A stretch of DNA of 64,000 nt from Dudresnaya verticillata. Its lineage: Eukaryota. The notes under the pieces are model-generated. The model worked only from the letters and a program-made list of their open reading frames with translations, was not told where the DNA came from and searched no databases. This document shows, piece after piece, positions 37,701 to 50,390 of the stretch. Location of the stretch: positions 1,922,001 to 1,986,000 of the forward strand of contig OZ374564.1 in NCBI GenBank assembly GCA_977862235.1. Direction: 5' to 3'. Every line of letters starts with the position of its first letter. The stretch's first letter is position 1. A program made the translations under genes and the position numbers.

Positions 37701-39465
37701 GGCTGTCTATGTCGGTGGACTGTTACGCGACCGTCCGCAATTGCGTTACTTGCGCGAAGAACCGGGTACTGATGCGAAAGAACGTGAAGGAGATGAAACT
37801 GTTCCGAGCAACCGAGCCTCTCGAGTTTGTGTCCATCGACATACGCGGGGAGCTCATACGCACTAAGCGGGGGAATAAGTTCTTACTCGTCATCGTGGAC
37901 CGGTTCTCAAAGCTGGTCCGGACGGTTCCCTTACGTAAGATTACGGCATTGGAAATCGCTAAGGCGTTTGTTCGACACTGGGTGTTTGTGTATGGCCCAC
38001 CTAAGAAGCTGTTGTCCGAAAATGGACCGCAATTTGTAGCCAAGTTGTTCCAGGACGTCTGCCGCATCTTAGGGGTGGAGAATCTCATCACTATTAGGTA
38101 CCATCCGCAGTGTAACGGCCAGGTGGAACGATTCAATCGAACCATCCTCGCCTCCCTGCGTCACTACGTAGCAGACCACCCCAGGGACTGGGATTTGTTC
38201 ACCGATGCCCTGACGTTCGCGTACAATACGCAACTGCACTCGTCTACCCACCTCGCTCCATTCGAGTTGGTGCTATCTAAGCCCCCGCGGGCATTGTCGC
38301 TGGAAGCGGAGCCGTCGCTTGAAAGCGTGCCCACTGCCGGACAGTACTACACCAAATGGCGAACCTCGCTGTCCGCATTGATGGGAACCGCTAACGCGTC
38401 GACGCGAAAACGCAGGCGCGTTACAAACGGAACTTCGATACTCGTCTGAGGAAATCGAAGGAGAACATCGCTGTGGGAGACTTCGCATTCGTGCGGAAGG
38501 AATACTTCGCCCGCGGCGGGAGCACCGATCGCTCAGAGCGCAAGCACAATCTCGCACCTGTAGCGGATGGACCGTATCGAGTAACACACGTCGACGACGG
38601 GACAGTCACCGTCGACAAGGGACGTGGCGAACGCGAACGCTTATCCCGAGACCGCGTGGTATGGGCGCCAACCCCACCAGGGCACACCGCCCCCGCAACC
38701 GTGCAACCACCGGGACCACCTGACGTACCGGGACCCACGGCCCCCACGTCAACCGACGAAGGAGTAGGAACCCCAGACACGCCACAGGCGGACCCGGCAG
38801 GAGGCACAGGGACACCGCGCAGCACGAACGACTCGCAGGAGCAAATGAATGCAACGCCACGAAGCCGCGGGTTAGCAGAGCTCTCGCCCTTTGCCGCTAA
38901 CCCCGACGACGGTGTCTCGCAATCCGTCTCCGACGAGGAGGAGGGTCCCGGCATCCGTACGCGAATGGGACACGCAACCTCGGCTTCGCCGGCTACCAAG
39001 GTAGGTCCCGCTTCGAGCGCATCGACTGACGATAAGGAAGACCGCGCTAATGCGAAAGATGCCGCTAGAAGCGAGGAACCAGTACGCAAAAGCGACGAAC
39101 CACAAACCGCTACGCAAGCGCTCGGGGCACCGACCCAGCGCCTCAGGCGATCGACTCGTCGAGTACGATTTGCCGAACCGGTGCAGACGCCCATCACGCA
39201 AGGAAGTGAGCCGCCCAAGGCGTTAGAACGACAGGATCCCACGTCTACCGCTGCAAGCGAGAAGGAGTACGTTATCGAACGGGTTGAGTCGCACGCACAC
39301 GCGGAAGACGGTGAGATCCTCTACCGCGTCAAGTGGTTTGGATACCCCGCTTCAGCGAATACCTGGGAATCCGTGTCCAGTCTACCGCGATCGCACGTCG
39401 TGCGGTATCACCGTCCGAAGCACACGCGTCTACCGCCAAACATCGACGACGCGCAACTCGGATAG
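34719..39465 (+). pseudogene. pol: pol of element C (PR, RT, RNase H, IN, GPY, chromodomain), frameshifts near 36890 and 38400
   Basis: LDTGAGPNFI, YLDD, HHCC (HAKLAGHPG...CVTC), YHPQCNGQVERFN, DGPY, EYVIERV...YRVKWFGY...NTWE. Confidence 0.97.
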
Positions 39466-39831
39466 CCCTAGTCAGGGTGGGCGCTGGAAGCGGAACACAC
39501 GCCACATCCTCATACGGATTGACGCAGACGTGCACTCGTTACGGACGACTGGGGCTGTAATCAACCAGATCAAGGACGATTGGGTTGGCAACACGCGAAT
39601 AGGCAACCCTCGTCGTTGACTCGTCGTTGACAACGGTCAAGTTTATTCGGGCTTCACAAGCGAGGGTAACCCCCGTGCCCGCATGACCTTTCACTACGAC
39701 CTACGTCGTGAGACGCGACACTAACCGTCTATGACGTATGAATCCCTCGCTCGCCGCCTCACCACGGGGCAGGCAAAGCGACACCACACGCGTTCTCGCG
39801 TTTGCTAACCGTTCTTAACGATCCAACAACG

Positions 39832-42132
39832 CTACGGCTTTTTCGTCGCAGACGGCCCAAGTGGGGCATCATCCCCGACGCCATTGGCGGATTCTCTTAA
39901 CGCCTCTTCGTAGAGGTCGTCTTCCGTCACAGACGGTGCGCTCGCAGCAGGGGCAGGAACGGACCGCAAGGGACCCGCCACAACCACTGCTGTCGAAGTC
40001 GCGACATCCGCCGCTGGCGACGCACCTGTCTCACAATCCGCCTTAGGCGACGACTGTTCGTCAACCGCCATAGGCGCAACGTTAGAGTCATTATCCGCCT
40101 TAGGCGCTACACCAGGAAGCTCACTCGCCTTTGGCGGTGGAGCATCCTCAACCGCCTTGGGCGAAGTCGACGGCCCCGGCACCTCCGGTGACGGGACCGC
40201 ATTAACCGCCAAAGGCGTTGAACGATCAACATCCGTCACCGACGAAGAGGCCACTGGAGCCTGCGGAACCGCCGTAGGCGCTACCACCGCAGTCGCCTTT
40301 GGCGGACTTTTGTTAGCAACGTCAGTGGACGCAATAGCGGACGGACCCGCACAACCCGCCTTAGGCGACAAAGGCTTTTTCGCCACTCCGTCATTAGACG
40401 CCACACCTTCGTCGTTAGAAGGCGCAGTCGCAACGACGGTCGACGCCGGAACCGCAGCAACGCTGGGCTGCAGAGTAGCCAGAAGCGAGTGCCCGAGGGG
40501 CGTCGTGGAGGTTCCGCCCGACCCGTCAGTGACGACACCGGTGGCTCGCAGGAATGCGAGCACCGTGCGGCGCTGCTCCTCAATCCATTCGGGCACTGCG
40601 GGAGGGCGATTCGCACCGTCAGCGACGTTGGACAAGCCGCCTTGAGGCGTAACTGCAGAACTCGCCATGGGCGCAGCCATGATGGCATCACCATCACCGT
40701 CATTGACGGGAGCCGAGAGATCCAACGGCACAACCGACGGCAAGCCAACAGGCACCACAGCCGACGGTCCTACCGCCGCTGGCGAAATCGTCGCGGGGGC
40801 TGTCGCCCCCGCAGAAAGCTCAACCGCCATAGGCGTAACGACGTCTGTCCCAGACGAGTTAACCGGTCCGCTGTTAGCGTGGAACGCATCCTCCTCCGCC
40901 ATCAAGGCGCTCAAGTGGGGTGGGAAATCCCCCGCAAAGTCGCAATTCTTGCGCAACCCACGTGGGTGATTCGCTGGCGTGAAGCGGTCCGTACGACGAT
41001 GGCTCTCAGCGATGTTCTCCGTCGTAAGACGTTTGGTCCACGGGTTGTACCATACCCAATCGCCACAGGCGGAATGATTCCTACTCATCGCGTAACGCGG
41101 ACGGTTTGCCTTATGGCGCCGGTTTCCCGGCGGCACAGCTGGCGGGTCGTCCCAGTTGACGTTATCCGCCACATGGCGTAAATCCCAGAACTCTTGGCAG
41201 TTCCTGGCACCACCCAACACTTCGGTCAAATCAAGCCCACCAAGGAGGCTGACTACGCGTGGCGGCACATAATAGAGGCGGAAGGTGTCATACACCTCCC
41301 ACATCCATGCGTAAGTTACGTTGACGACCCACTCGGTGAAAAACACGATCCAACATCGGGAGTACGGATCCGTCCGCAACTCGGAGCCTATATACGTGAC
41401 ACACGGAGGCAATTCAGCCGCAAAACCCTCGCAGACCTCAAAGTCCCGCCACATCGGCGGGACGCGAATGAAGCAATGCGGCAACTTTTCCCGCTCAATG
41501 CGATCGACTTGCGTATCTTGATACGGTACAAAAACGCCTTTGCGGCGGCGCGTTTCGCATTCTCAACGGACGCAGCGCTCCCAATAGAAGGTGCCCGTCC
41601 TATGCAAGTATCGGAAATCCGCTTTCAAGCGTACACCAAGGAGGTTAGCCTCCTGAAGCACCCGCGGCTCAGCCGAAACAGCCACATGGCTTAACGACAA
41701 CGTCCCAAGACGGTCCCCATAACCAACCTCGCCATTTGTGCGGTACTGCCCTGCGTCAAATTCAAAGACGGTGGGCGTCAATACCGACCCCGGGTAGCGG
41801 GTAAACCGCCGATACACGTCAACGAGGAAACGCGCATGTGCATCTGCACGCGTCTGGCCGGCGGCAATACGCAGCCAACCCCTCGGAATGGCGCACCGAT
41901 GGCGCCACTCGTTCGTCCACACGACGGCCAGGGGCAACTCCCCTGGCAAAAATCCGTTCACAGCGTAATGGGTGATGAGATCCTCGTGTCGCAGGGCCTC
42001 CTGGTCGAACCAGGGGGCCCGCGAGAATAATCGCGCATCGTTGCGGGGCGTCCTCCCGACAAAGTCGAAGGGGGACGGATACACCGGCGCCGCCGAAGGC
42101 GCAGCCACTTGCAGGCCATTGAACTGCGCCAT
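39832..42132 (-). CDS. antisense accessory ORF of element C (767 codons, one in-frame TGA at 41563-41565)
   Basis: ORFs 41563-42132 and 39832-41484 share a frame; Trp/aromatic-rich N-terminal domain, Pro/Ala/Ser-rich tail; homologs in elements A and D. Confidence 0.8.
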
Positions 42133-42584
42133 TACGTCTGAGACGTTGAGTAATCACACGCCACTGGCGAACTTCACGCGATACGTCAACGACGGTCTCG
42201 GACTCCGAAGTCGAGTCAACTACGCCAAAGGCGGAAGCAAACAAGGCGCACGTCAACGACGTTGGATTGGACAACGCCGAAGGCGGACCTCAAAGAAACG
42301 CCCTAGGCGATAAGCGCACACACGCGTGCACAGGATACGACGTCAATGACGGGGTTTCACGCACGCCACTGGCGAAGTTAGTCAACAACACGTCTTCGAC
42401 GGGAGTTGTTGCTGCGCCAACGGCGGGTGGGCAACTGAACGTGCGTCTTTGACGGGGCTCAACTAACGCCAAGGGCGGGCAAACGCAGACGCGAAGACGC
42501 GGGTGACCGACACGATCGGCACTGGAAGAGACGCAGATGCGGGAAAGCAGGCAGGCTGAAGCAGGTTGACGTGTTCGCGTTTTC

Positions 42585-42595
42585 GGAGGGGGTCG
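42585..42595 (+). promoter_or_regulatory. polypurine tract of element C
   Basis: GGAGGGGGTCG directly before 3' LTR. Confidence 0.75.
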
Positions 42596-43504
42596 TGTAG
42601 TGCCAGGGGGGGTCCCCCGTTTTCGCTTTCAAGCGTTGATATGCAGCGTCTACCGACGGACGACCGCCAACAGCGCGCTCAACCCGTCCGCGGCGCAAAC
42701 ACGTCACCGACGCAAGCCGCTGGCCACTGGGGCCAGAACGGCTCGCTGGGCGTGCAGACGGCACGCCTGCACCCGGCCACTGTACGGCGCCACGCGTACG
42801 CGCATGGCGCAGTGGCGGGAACGTTCGCTGTAAGCGTGGCCCGAATCCGGATCCAATCCGGATCCCATATCGGGATCCCACATCGGGATTAAGGGGTGTA
42901 AGGCACGCGCCTGTAAGCCTGGCGCATCCGCATCGCTGGCCCGAGTCCGGACTGGATCGGGATTGGTGCGGATCGAGATCGCTCGCGCCATGGGGCGCAT
43001 GCGGCTGTAAGGAGGTAATCCACGTGTGAGTGTAAGGACTCGAGCGGGGAAGCTACGCGTGATCTGTCAGGAGCGCGGCTGCATGACGGACGGGTCTGTC
43101 AGACGCGCCTCGGGACAACACGTGTCCCGAGTTCCCGCGTTACGCGTACATCCGCGGCGCCGCCGCTAGGTAATCCTGTACCTAGTTGATCCGTCTCAGA
43201 CGTCACAGTAAACCCCGGCAAGCCGGCCTTGGTCCAGACTTCCCCGTTCAGCACGCGCGTACCCTACCGCTGCCTACGGCTAAGCGTCTACCTCCGTGCT
43301 TCCACGTCTCTACTCGTCCACGACGTGTTCCCTTTCTGTTCTCTTTTGTTCTTCTTTTCCGCCTCGGGCGTTTACAGTCCGCCCAAGGCGAGTTAACCGC
43401 TCTACCGCCAGTCGCTCACGGCGAGGCCACCCATCGCCGCAGGCGTCGCTACCCACCGAGCCTCGAACTGCTCGGTGGTGCCCGTCATCGACGTTTGCAC
43501 TACA
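42596..43504 (+). repeat. 3' LTR of element C (909 bp)
   Basis: Direct repeat of 31135-32043. Confidence 0.97.
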
Positions 43505-45747
43505 TTAAGTCTCTCTCGTTGTCGTCGGGAAGGAACTCTAGCTTGTGCTCTTCCAGCCCTTCCCTTGAGTATTTCCCATTGGTTTCCAAGATATCTTCTA
43601 GATTCCAGTGAAAGGGTTCCATCCTGTCCCGATAGATGTCGTCCCGCAACTTCCGAAGCTCTTCAATCTTTTTTATGTCCTTCATCCGCCCTTCTTCAGA
43701 ACGAATGAGGTCTCAGACTTCTTTCATATCCGGGGGAGCACGGGCCCGAGTTGGAGGGGTTTTGGACAACTCAGGGGGAACAAAATGGAACCCTTCTGCG
43801 CATTGTATGTGAGTAGGGGTTTCCATTCACCGTCGCACTGTATGCGAGCCTGGCACCCCGTCTTGAAACGAGCATTAACTCCTTCCGGCTCTCCTGCCAC
43901 CCTAAAGAACCAGAAGAACCTGTAATGTGAAAAGGTTTCAACCTTCCCTACACACTTAGAATCCTGACAAAGACCTGAGAAGTTTGGAATGTGCAGTATT
44001 CTTGCAACATGAGGCTCCGGCTGGTAGGATTTGCTCAGCTCCTCTATCATGTCATCCATAGTGATGGCATCTCTTGTCTCCAACCTCCTTGAGGTACAAC
44101 TGAAGGTCTGATCAATATAAGAATGAGCGTGTCCTATCGGCAGAAATGAGGCTTGCACCTCTTGAAAAACGCCCCACGCTACTAGACTTTCCAGGTAGGA
44201 GAAAATGAACCTGTTCTTGTTCTCCCTGGTACAGTTGTCCATCTGCAGCAGAAGCGTTGGTTGCATATTCCCACTTGCCTTCCTGAGGCTAAGCGATCGG
44301 TGTATTGCCTCTATTGCATGATTGGCACCGGATTCGTACTCCGCCGTCATGACGAAAAGGCACAACTTATTCTTAGGTCCGTGATCCAGAACGCCTATAC
44401 GTTTCACCTTGATTGCGTGACCTACTGTAACTTTCGTATTCACAACAACGTGCGGCAGTCCGAACGCAGACTGGTCTGCTCCGTCTACCACAATAGAACA
44501 ATGCTCTTCAGGAAACATTATAGCTTTTTCCGAAGTCTTCTTGTACTGCACACGCTCCTTCCAGACCATAGACAGATGCTGGCGCCTGCGCATCCTAAAC
44601 GGCCTCCCCGCCCGCTTGTCGGTCCCCGCCTTGGCAAGTCCATCGCGAATCTCCTCAAATTCTGTGCACTTCGTAAAGCGACGTACTTTTTGGACCTTAA
44701 TGTGGGACCATTGTGCCTTCCACGTAGCGTAAAAGTAGCTCGCGCTTGCAGGTGTCTCGCCACTATACAAAAGGCCCTGGTCTGTTGTGAATTGCTCGTA
44801 CACAGTCTTCCTGTCAAATGATGGCAGATGTATCTGTCCAGCATATGGTCTGCAGTAGCTTCAGCAATCCTCTCGGGGTACGAAACGATTTTGTCCCGTT
44901 GTTCAGAATTTGCGTCTCGTGGAGTGGCAGCGGAGAGGGACAAAGAGCCGCCAAACGTCTTGACAGACGTTTGCAAGTCCCGTGAAAACCCAAATGCTTT
45001 CTCTAAGAAATTGTAGCACACCAGAGCACCATTGAACCGGTAAAACCTGTCAGGCTGGAGCAGGCGGAATAGATAGTCCCTCCTTTCGTTCTTTTCCATC
45101 ATCAGAACACGACGAGCTTCGGCCTTGAGTTAAACCTGCTCACAGGCCTGGAAACATTTCTTTGTAGAACAAAACTTCTTGCGCTCCCAGTCCTCCGTGT
45201 CTATCCTCGCTAGTGCAGCCTTACGCCTTATCATCAAGGAATTCTCACCCTTCTCGGGCCTCTTACTAACAAGTGAATGATAACGATAAACTTGCTTCTT
45301 AACGGCACCAATTCCCCTCGTACCGTTTCCTATACGCTCCTCAGAACCAACACGATCAGCTGCTCCTCCACTCTCTGCGTTCTCACCTCGGTAATCCAGG
45401 TCAGAGAGTATTTCTGTTCCATCTGCCACCTCCTCGGCAGGTGCTGCCACTTCATCAGCAGATTCTGTCTGTGCGCCACCCCGCGTGACAAGGTCCATAT
45501 TGGATTCCGAACCCTCACCTTCTTCGCGACGGGCTTTCCCCTCACTTGCTGCCACCACCGCCACCTCCACTTCATCGTCCTTGTGATCCCCAGCTTCCTG
45601 TTCTGCTCCTGCTATCTGGTCTGCATCCTGGCCTGGCCCTGCTTCGTGGTCTGGCCCTAGTTATCCTAAGGTCCCTGGTTCCGCTTTGGCCATAACGTTG
45701 TCGTCTTCAGTGATCCCCTTCTTCTCGTTTTGAATAATGTTGTTCAT
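43505..45747 (-). pseudogene. Sola-type DDD transposase, 5' and catalytic part (frameshifted)
   Basis: FCSTKKC, LVCYNFLEKAFG, FTKCTE, IVVDGADQ, LQMDNCTRENKN, SFLPIGHAHSYIDQTFS; subgroup and start codon uncertain. Confidence 0.8.
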
Positions 45748-46901
45748 GTTGTTCTGCTCGGTTCTGTTCAGTGCAGATGCGGCGAAAAAGGGTATTGTGA
45801 ATCCAAGTACGGTCACGGTTGAGATTGTTAAAAAGGGTGTCATGGATATGACTAGAGAGTAAGAAAACGTTACCATCGCGATTCTTCTACAGAATCGCAG
45901 CGCAAAGATTGCCGCCGAAACGGTGATGTGAGAGACCCTGCCTCTGTTCATCAGTCGCTTGAAGAGCGTCCGGAAGGAGCTCCTTTCCCAGCGGGGCGCG
46001 AGGTGTAAATGGCATGTATTGTGTCCTTGTGAAGAATATGCAGATGTTACAGAAGAGAACTACTCGTTCCCAGCTCCTGCATACACGCTTGCAACAACCG
46101 CAGATGATATAGTCATTGGATACGTTAAGGCGGAACAGTCGTTACTAATTCGCAAGCTCACCTGTCGCAAATAGGACAAACTGGATGTACCTATTGTGTA
46201 GTCAAAGTAATAGTCACTTCGTTGTTTGCGAAGCACATAAATGGCTCTCACGCGGCAGCAAAGCACCAAACAGACACACGTTCGCGCAGTATGCGTGCCA
46301 CGCGCCCATCGAAGCGCGCATACCCCGTTCGCGGACGTGCACCTCGAAGCACACATACGCTACTCGCTAGTAGATACACATTTCCACTTGGGAATATGAA
46401 AGACTCCCATGGCCCTCGTTGTTTCCTAGTTAGCAACCACCTGAAGGGCCATACCGCGAGACGTCATTCAGCTCGTTGTATTCATAACTAAACTGCATAA
46501 TGGCGCTTTTGAAGAACATAGCATAACGTTGTATCCAAGGCGGCCGTGTTAGCATCGATGCTGGATCCAGCGTCTCACAAACCACAGGAAGAGTGTGTGA
46601 TGCAGCGAGTAGGAGCGCCGGATAGGAGCGGCTGGCAGGGGCGAGAGCAGTGGTGTGGCGAGTGCACTGTCGGCCCTGGGGGCGAGCTGGAGCGACAAGC
46701 AGATGCGCGGAAATCAGGTCGGAGAGCAGGAGCGGCGGTTAGGAGCGGCTGGCAGGGGCGAACGTAGTGGTGCGGCGATTGCGCTGGCGGTCCTGGGCAA
46801 GCGCAGGGCGAGGGAAAATCTAATTAAAATTGTTTTACAGAAATTCGGAAAAGTGTGAAACTTTCGGAAACGTTTGGGGGGTGTACAGACTGTGTTTAGT
46901 G

Positions 46902-47051
46902 CGCCGTAACTTCTGAACTAGTTACGCTACAGACAAACGGATTCCATCGTTGTTCCCAGCGCACGCTCCCGGTTCCACAGAGCGAAAGAAACCGGGGTAC
47001 AATTTGGTACTGTTTTGAAAAGTTGATTCTGAATATCTCGAAAGTAGTGTT
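46902..47051 (+). repeat. 150-bp conserved element, copy 2
   Basis: Gapless match to 29942-30091, same orientation. Confidence 0.85.
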
Positions 47052-47769
47052 CATGCCCGACGCGATTGCGGTGTCCGTACGCCGTTGGGCCGACCGTCCG
47101 TAACGTGTTCACGCGCGCCAACAGCGGTTGGGACTGCCAGTCGGTCGACGTCTTATTACACGCTCCGAGCGAAAAAGGGGCTCGCCGCCCTTGCACCACA
47201 CGACCACCCTCCAAAACGCGAACACGTCCAACCGTCAACTTGCTGCCGCGCGCGTTGCCTCCTCGTCCTTGCCATCTCATGCACCCGTCTTGGTGTGCCC
47301 GCGTGTGCGTTTGCGACTTCGGCTGTGCCGTACTAACTCCGCTCGTGTTGCATGCTGCGTGCAGTTGCCCTGCCCCGACATCACCGCCCGTGGCGCCTTC
47401 CGATTCCCGTCGTTCACGTCGTTCAGGTTGCCTCCTCTTCCGGCGTCGCAACTTAATCGCCATTGAGGTTAACCTTTTACCGTATCGCCTGTGGCGTTGC
47501 AACTGAACGTTGTTGACGTAGATCTTTTCATCTCCTGTGGCGTCGAACCATAATCACCATTGACGTACGTAGTGAGACCTTCGGCATCGGCGCTGAACAG
47601 CAGTCGTCTTTGACGTTCTTGCATACATAGCCAGTGACGTTAACGTATCCTCGCATTCGCAATTATGCCGGTATTCAATGGCATGAAGGTGGTGGCGCCC
47701 TCTGCAGCGCCCGTATACGCATCGCCAGTCGACTTCTTCGGTAATAATCCTCACGATCATGCGTATTTA

Positions 47770-48960
47770 CTCGCACGGGCCCCTGGTTCGACCAGAAGGC
47801 TTTGCGCAGAGACGAATTAGTTGCTCATTACGCTACTGGCGGATTGTTGCCAGGGGGCCTGCCCCTTGGCGTCGTCTGGATGTTGCATTAGAAATTGCGC
47901 TGTACCGTTGCTCCGGAATGGCTTTGGGTCCGAGCTGGGAAGTCGCGTGCGGATGTCCAGGCTCGTTTCTTCTCAGACCTCTACAGAGATTCCCGTGTTA
48001 CCCCGGATCGGCGTTAATGCCGATCGTCTTCAACTTCGACGCCGGGCAATATCGGACAGACGGCGAGGCCGAATATGGTGGTCAGTTTGGAACATCATCG
48101 CTCAAATACGTGAGCGTGTCGATTGAAACTAGCGTTTTGCAAGAGCCTTACCTCTTAGATGTACTGCTTGAGAGCCGATTTTCGTTATCTGCATCGGACA
48201 GGTACGTTCGTTTGGGAGCGCTATGTCCGTTGAGAATGTAAAACACGTCGCCGAAAGGGCGTGTTTGCACCTTATCAGGACATACAGGTCGACCGTATTG
48301 AGCGAAGCAAGTTACCCTACTGTTTTGTGAAGATGCCGCCTGTGTGGCGTGAGTTCGATATATGCGAAGGTTTCGCAACAGAGCTCTCCCTTGTGCCACG
48401 TATCTTGGTTCCGAACTGATGAAAGACCCGTATTCGAGATATTGGGTAGCGTTCTACACCGAATGGGTGGCCAACGTAGCATACAAATGGTTATGGGAGG
48501 TGTATGAAACCTTCCGCATGCACCACTTGCCGCCGCGTTTAGTCCCCCTTCTTCGTGGCCTCGACTTAGTCGAAATACTCGGTGGTTCACGGAACTGCCA
48601 GGCGTTCTGGGACTTGCGCGCTGTTGTGGGTAGCATTGATTGGACCAACCCGGTTGCCGTGCCGTTAGCGAACAACCACCGCAAGGCGAATCGTCCGCGT
48701 TACTCAATGAGCCGTACTCATTCCGGCGGTGGCGATTGTAGTTGCTCCATCACCTGCGGCGGGTACTCTAACGACGACGCGAAAGGCGGTTGATGAGTTT
48801 TCCCCTACGCCTGTGGCGCCTGCCCGATCACTCCGGCAGTTATAGTGGCGTGGGCCTTGCGGTCCGTCCCTGCTCCTGCCGCGGGTTTACCATCGACGAC
48901 GGAGGACAACCTCTATGAGGAGGCGTTGCGCGAGAATGATGCGGTTGTCCCAGCCAACTC
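47770..48960 (+). pseudogene. antisense accessory ORF of element D, degraded, internally deleted
   Basis: FDAGQYRTDGE, FRYLHRTGT, DPYSRYWVAFYTEWV, HRKANRPRYSMSR match ORF of element C. Confidence 0.85.
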
Positions 48961-50390
48961 GTCTGCGAAGAAAGATACTTGATATCGTTTTTAGAAACGG
49001 GCGGACGCGAGAGTGTGTACTACGACACTCTTTGTCTCCTCTTCGGGCTCGAAGAGCAGGGGTAGTTCCCATTCGTCGTTGACGGTTAGAATCGCAGTCT
49101 TTGTGACGTATTAGCTGCAGTGGTCGTTAGTAAGGGTGCTGGGTTGTCCCCACTTGTTTAGTACAGTAAACGTGACCATTCTCAGTGTCTTTCTGCGTCG
49201 CGATTGGCGTCGGGCTTAGGGTGGTCCCACTTCGGATTCGCGTCATTTCCTCGATCCCCGCTACAGTAGCGTTGGAGTGTAATGGTACTAATAATAGACG
49301 CGAGTTCCGTTGTGGCGGCGTTGGTTGGTAGTATTCCGCTGTAATAGCGTTGCTGGTTCGTTTTGCATTTGCGGTAGCGGGCGGCGATACCCTACTCTTT
49401 CGTTGTAAAGCGATGATAATCGTCGAGAGACGTGGTTTGGGGAGACCCATTTCCGCTGACTTAGCGTTTTTGTCGTGCGTAGGCCACCCTAGGCGTGGTT
49501 GAGTGTAGATGGGGATGGTTTGTACCCTTATGACCCCTCATTTCGTTGCTAATACAGCGTATTGTTTTGTGTGGCGTCGTGGACGAAGGTCGCAGCGATG
49601 GTGAGGTAGATGCTTAGGCGACTTGGGGTTGCTGCTATTTTCGTCTCTGACATTCTCCTTCGGAGGTGGGGAATGGTCGCCGTCGCGCGACTGTGGCCCT
49701 GACGGCCACGCCCAGCGTTGCAGTCATTGCGCGATTTGTTGGCGCGACGTGCACGGAACCCACGACAACTGCGTCTTCAACCACATTTCCCCCCTTTTCG
49801 GTGGGTTCGTCGGCGCGCCTTTTCCTTGCGAGTCACGTCGGAGACGTAGGGCGCGAGTCTTCTTGCGCGGCAATGGCCTGTAGGGTGACGGTTCCAGGGA
49901 CTTAGCCGTGGTGTGAACGTTTGCCCCGACGTCGGAGACGGTTGTTGCGCGGTTCCACTTGCGCCTGTCGTCGCTGGTGCTCGTAGCACCTGCTTAGGCA
50001 TTTGGAATGATTGTGTTCATCGCGTCGTTGATTTTTGGGCAGTGCGCCTCGCCGTGTTTGTCGATTAAAAATTGTCCGATCGCTTTTTGATCCTATGACC
50101 CGATTGGTGGGGTGTGTACCTCGATGTGCGATCTGGATCCACTGTCAGCCACCCATCTGTCTAGGGTTCCTGTATGGGGGCCCCTTCGAGATGCCCGTTT
50201 GCGCGGCCGTCTATGGCGCAATGGTTTGCGTCCATGTGCGTCCATGACGTGCACACGTGTCTGTCGCTACAGCGGGTGCGGCCGCGTCCACACACCATGA
50301 ACTGGGCTTCCACGCCTTTGGCGACCGTAACTCGCGTATGCGATCTCGATCATCATTCCGTTCGCTGCCAGCGTTCTTCCCTGATTAGGG

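Larger units (their letters stand above)
31135..43504 (+). mobile_element. structurally complete Ty3/gypsy chromovirus element C (12,370 bp)
   Basis: Paired LTRs with TGTAGTGC...GCACTACA, TSD TTAAG (31130-31134, 43505-43509), PBS, purine tract, gag, pol, antisense ORF. Confidence 0.98.

Noticed and set aside
39832..42132. env gene
   Set aside because: Antisense to pol; no signal peptide or C-terminal transmembrane anchor evident
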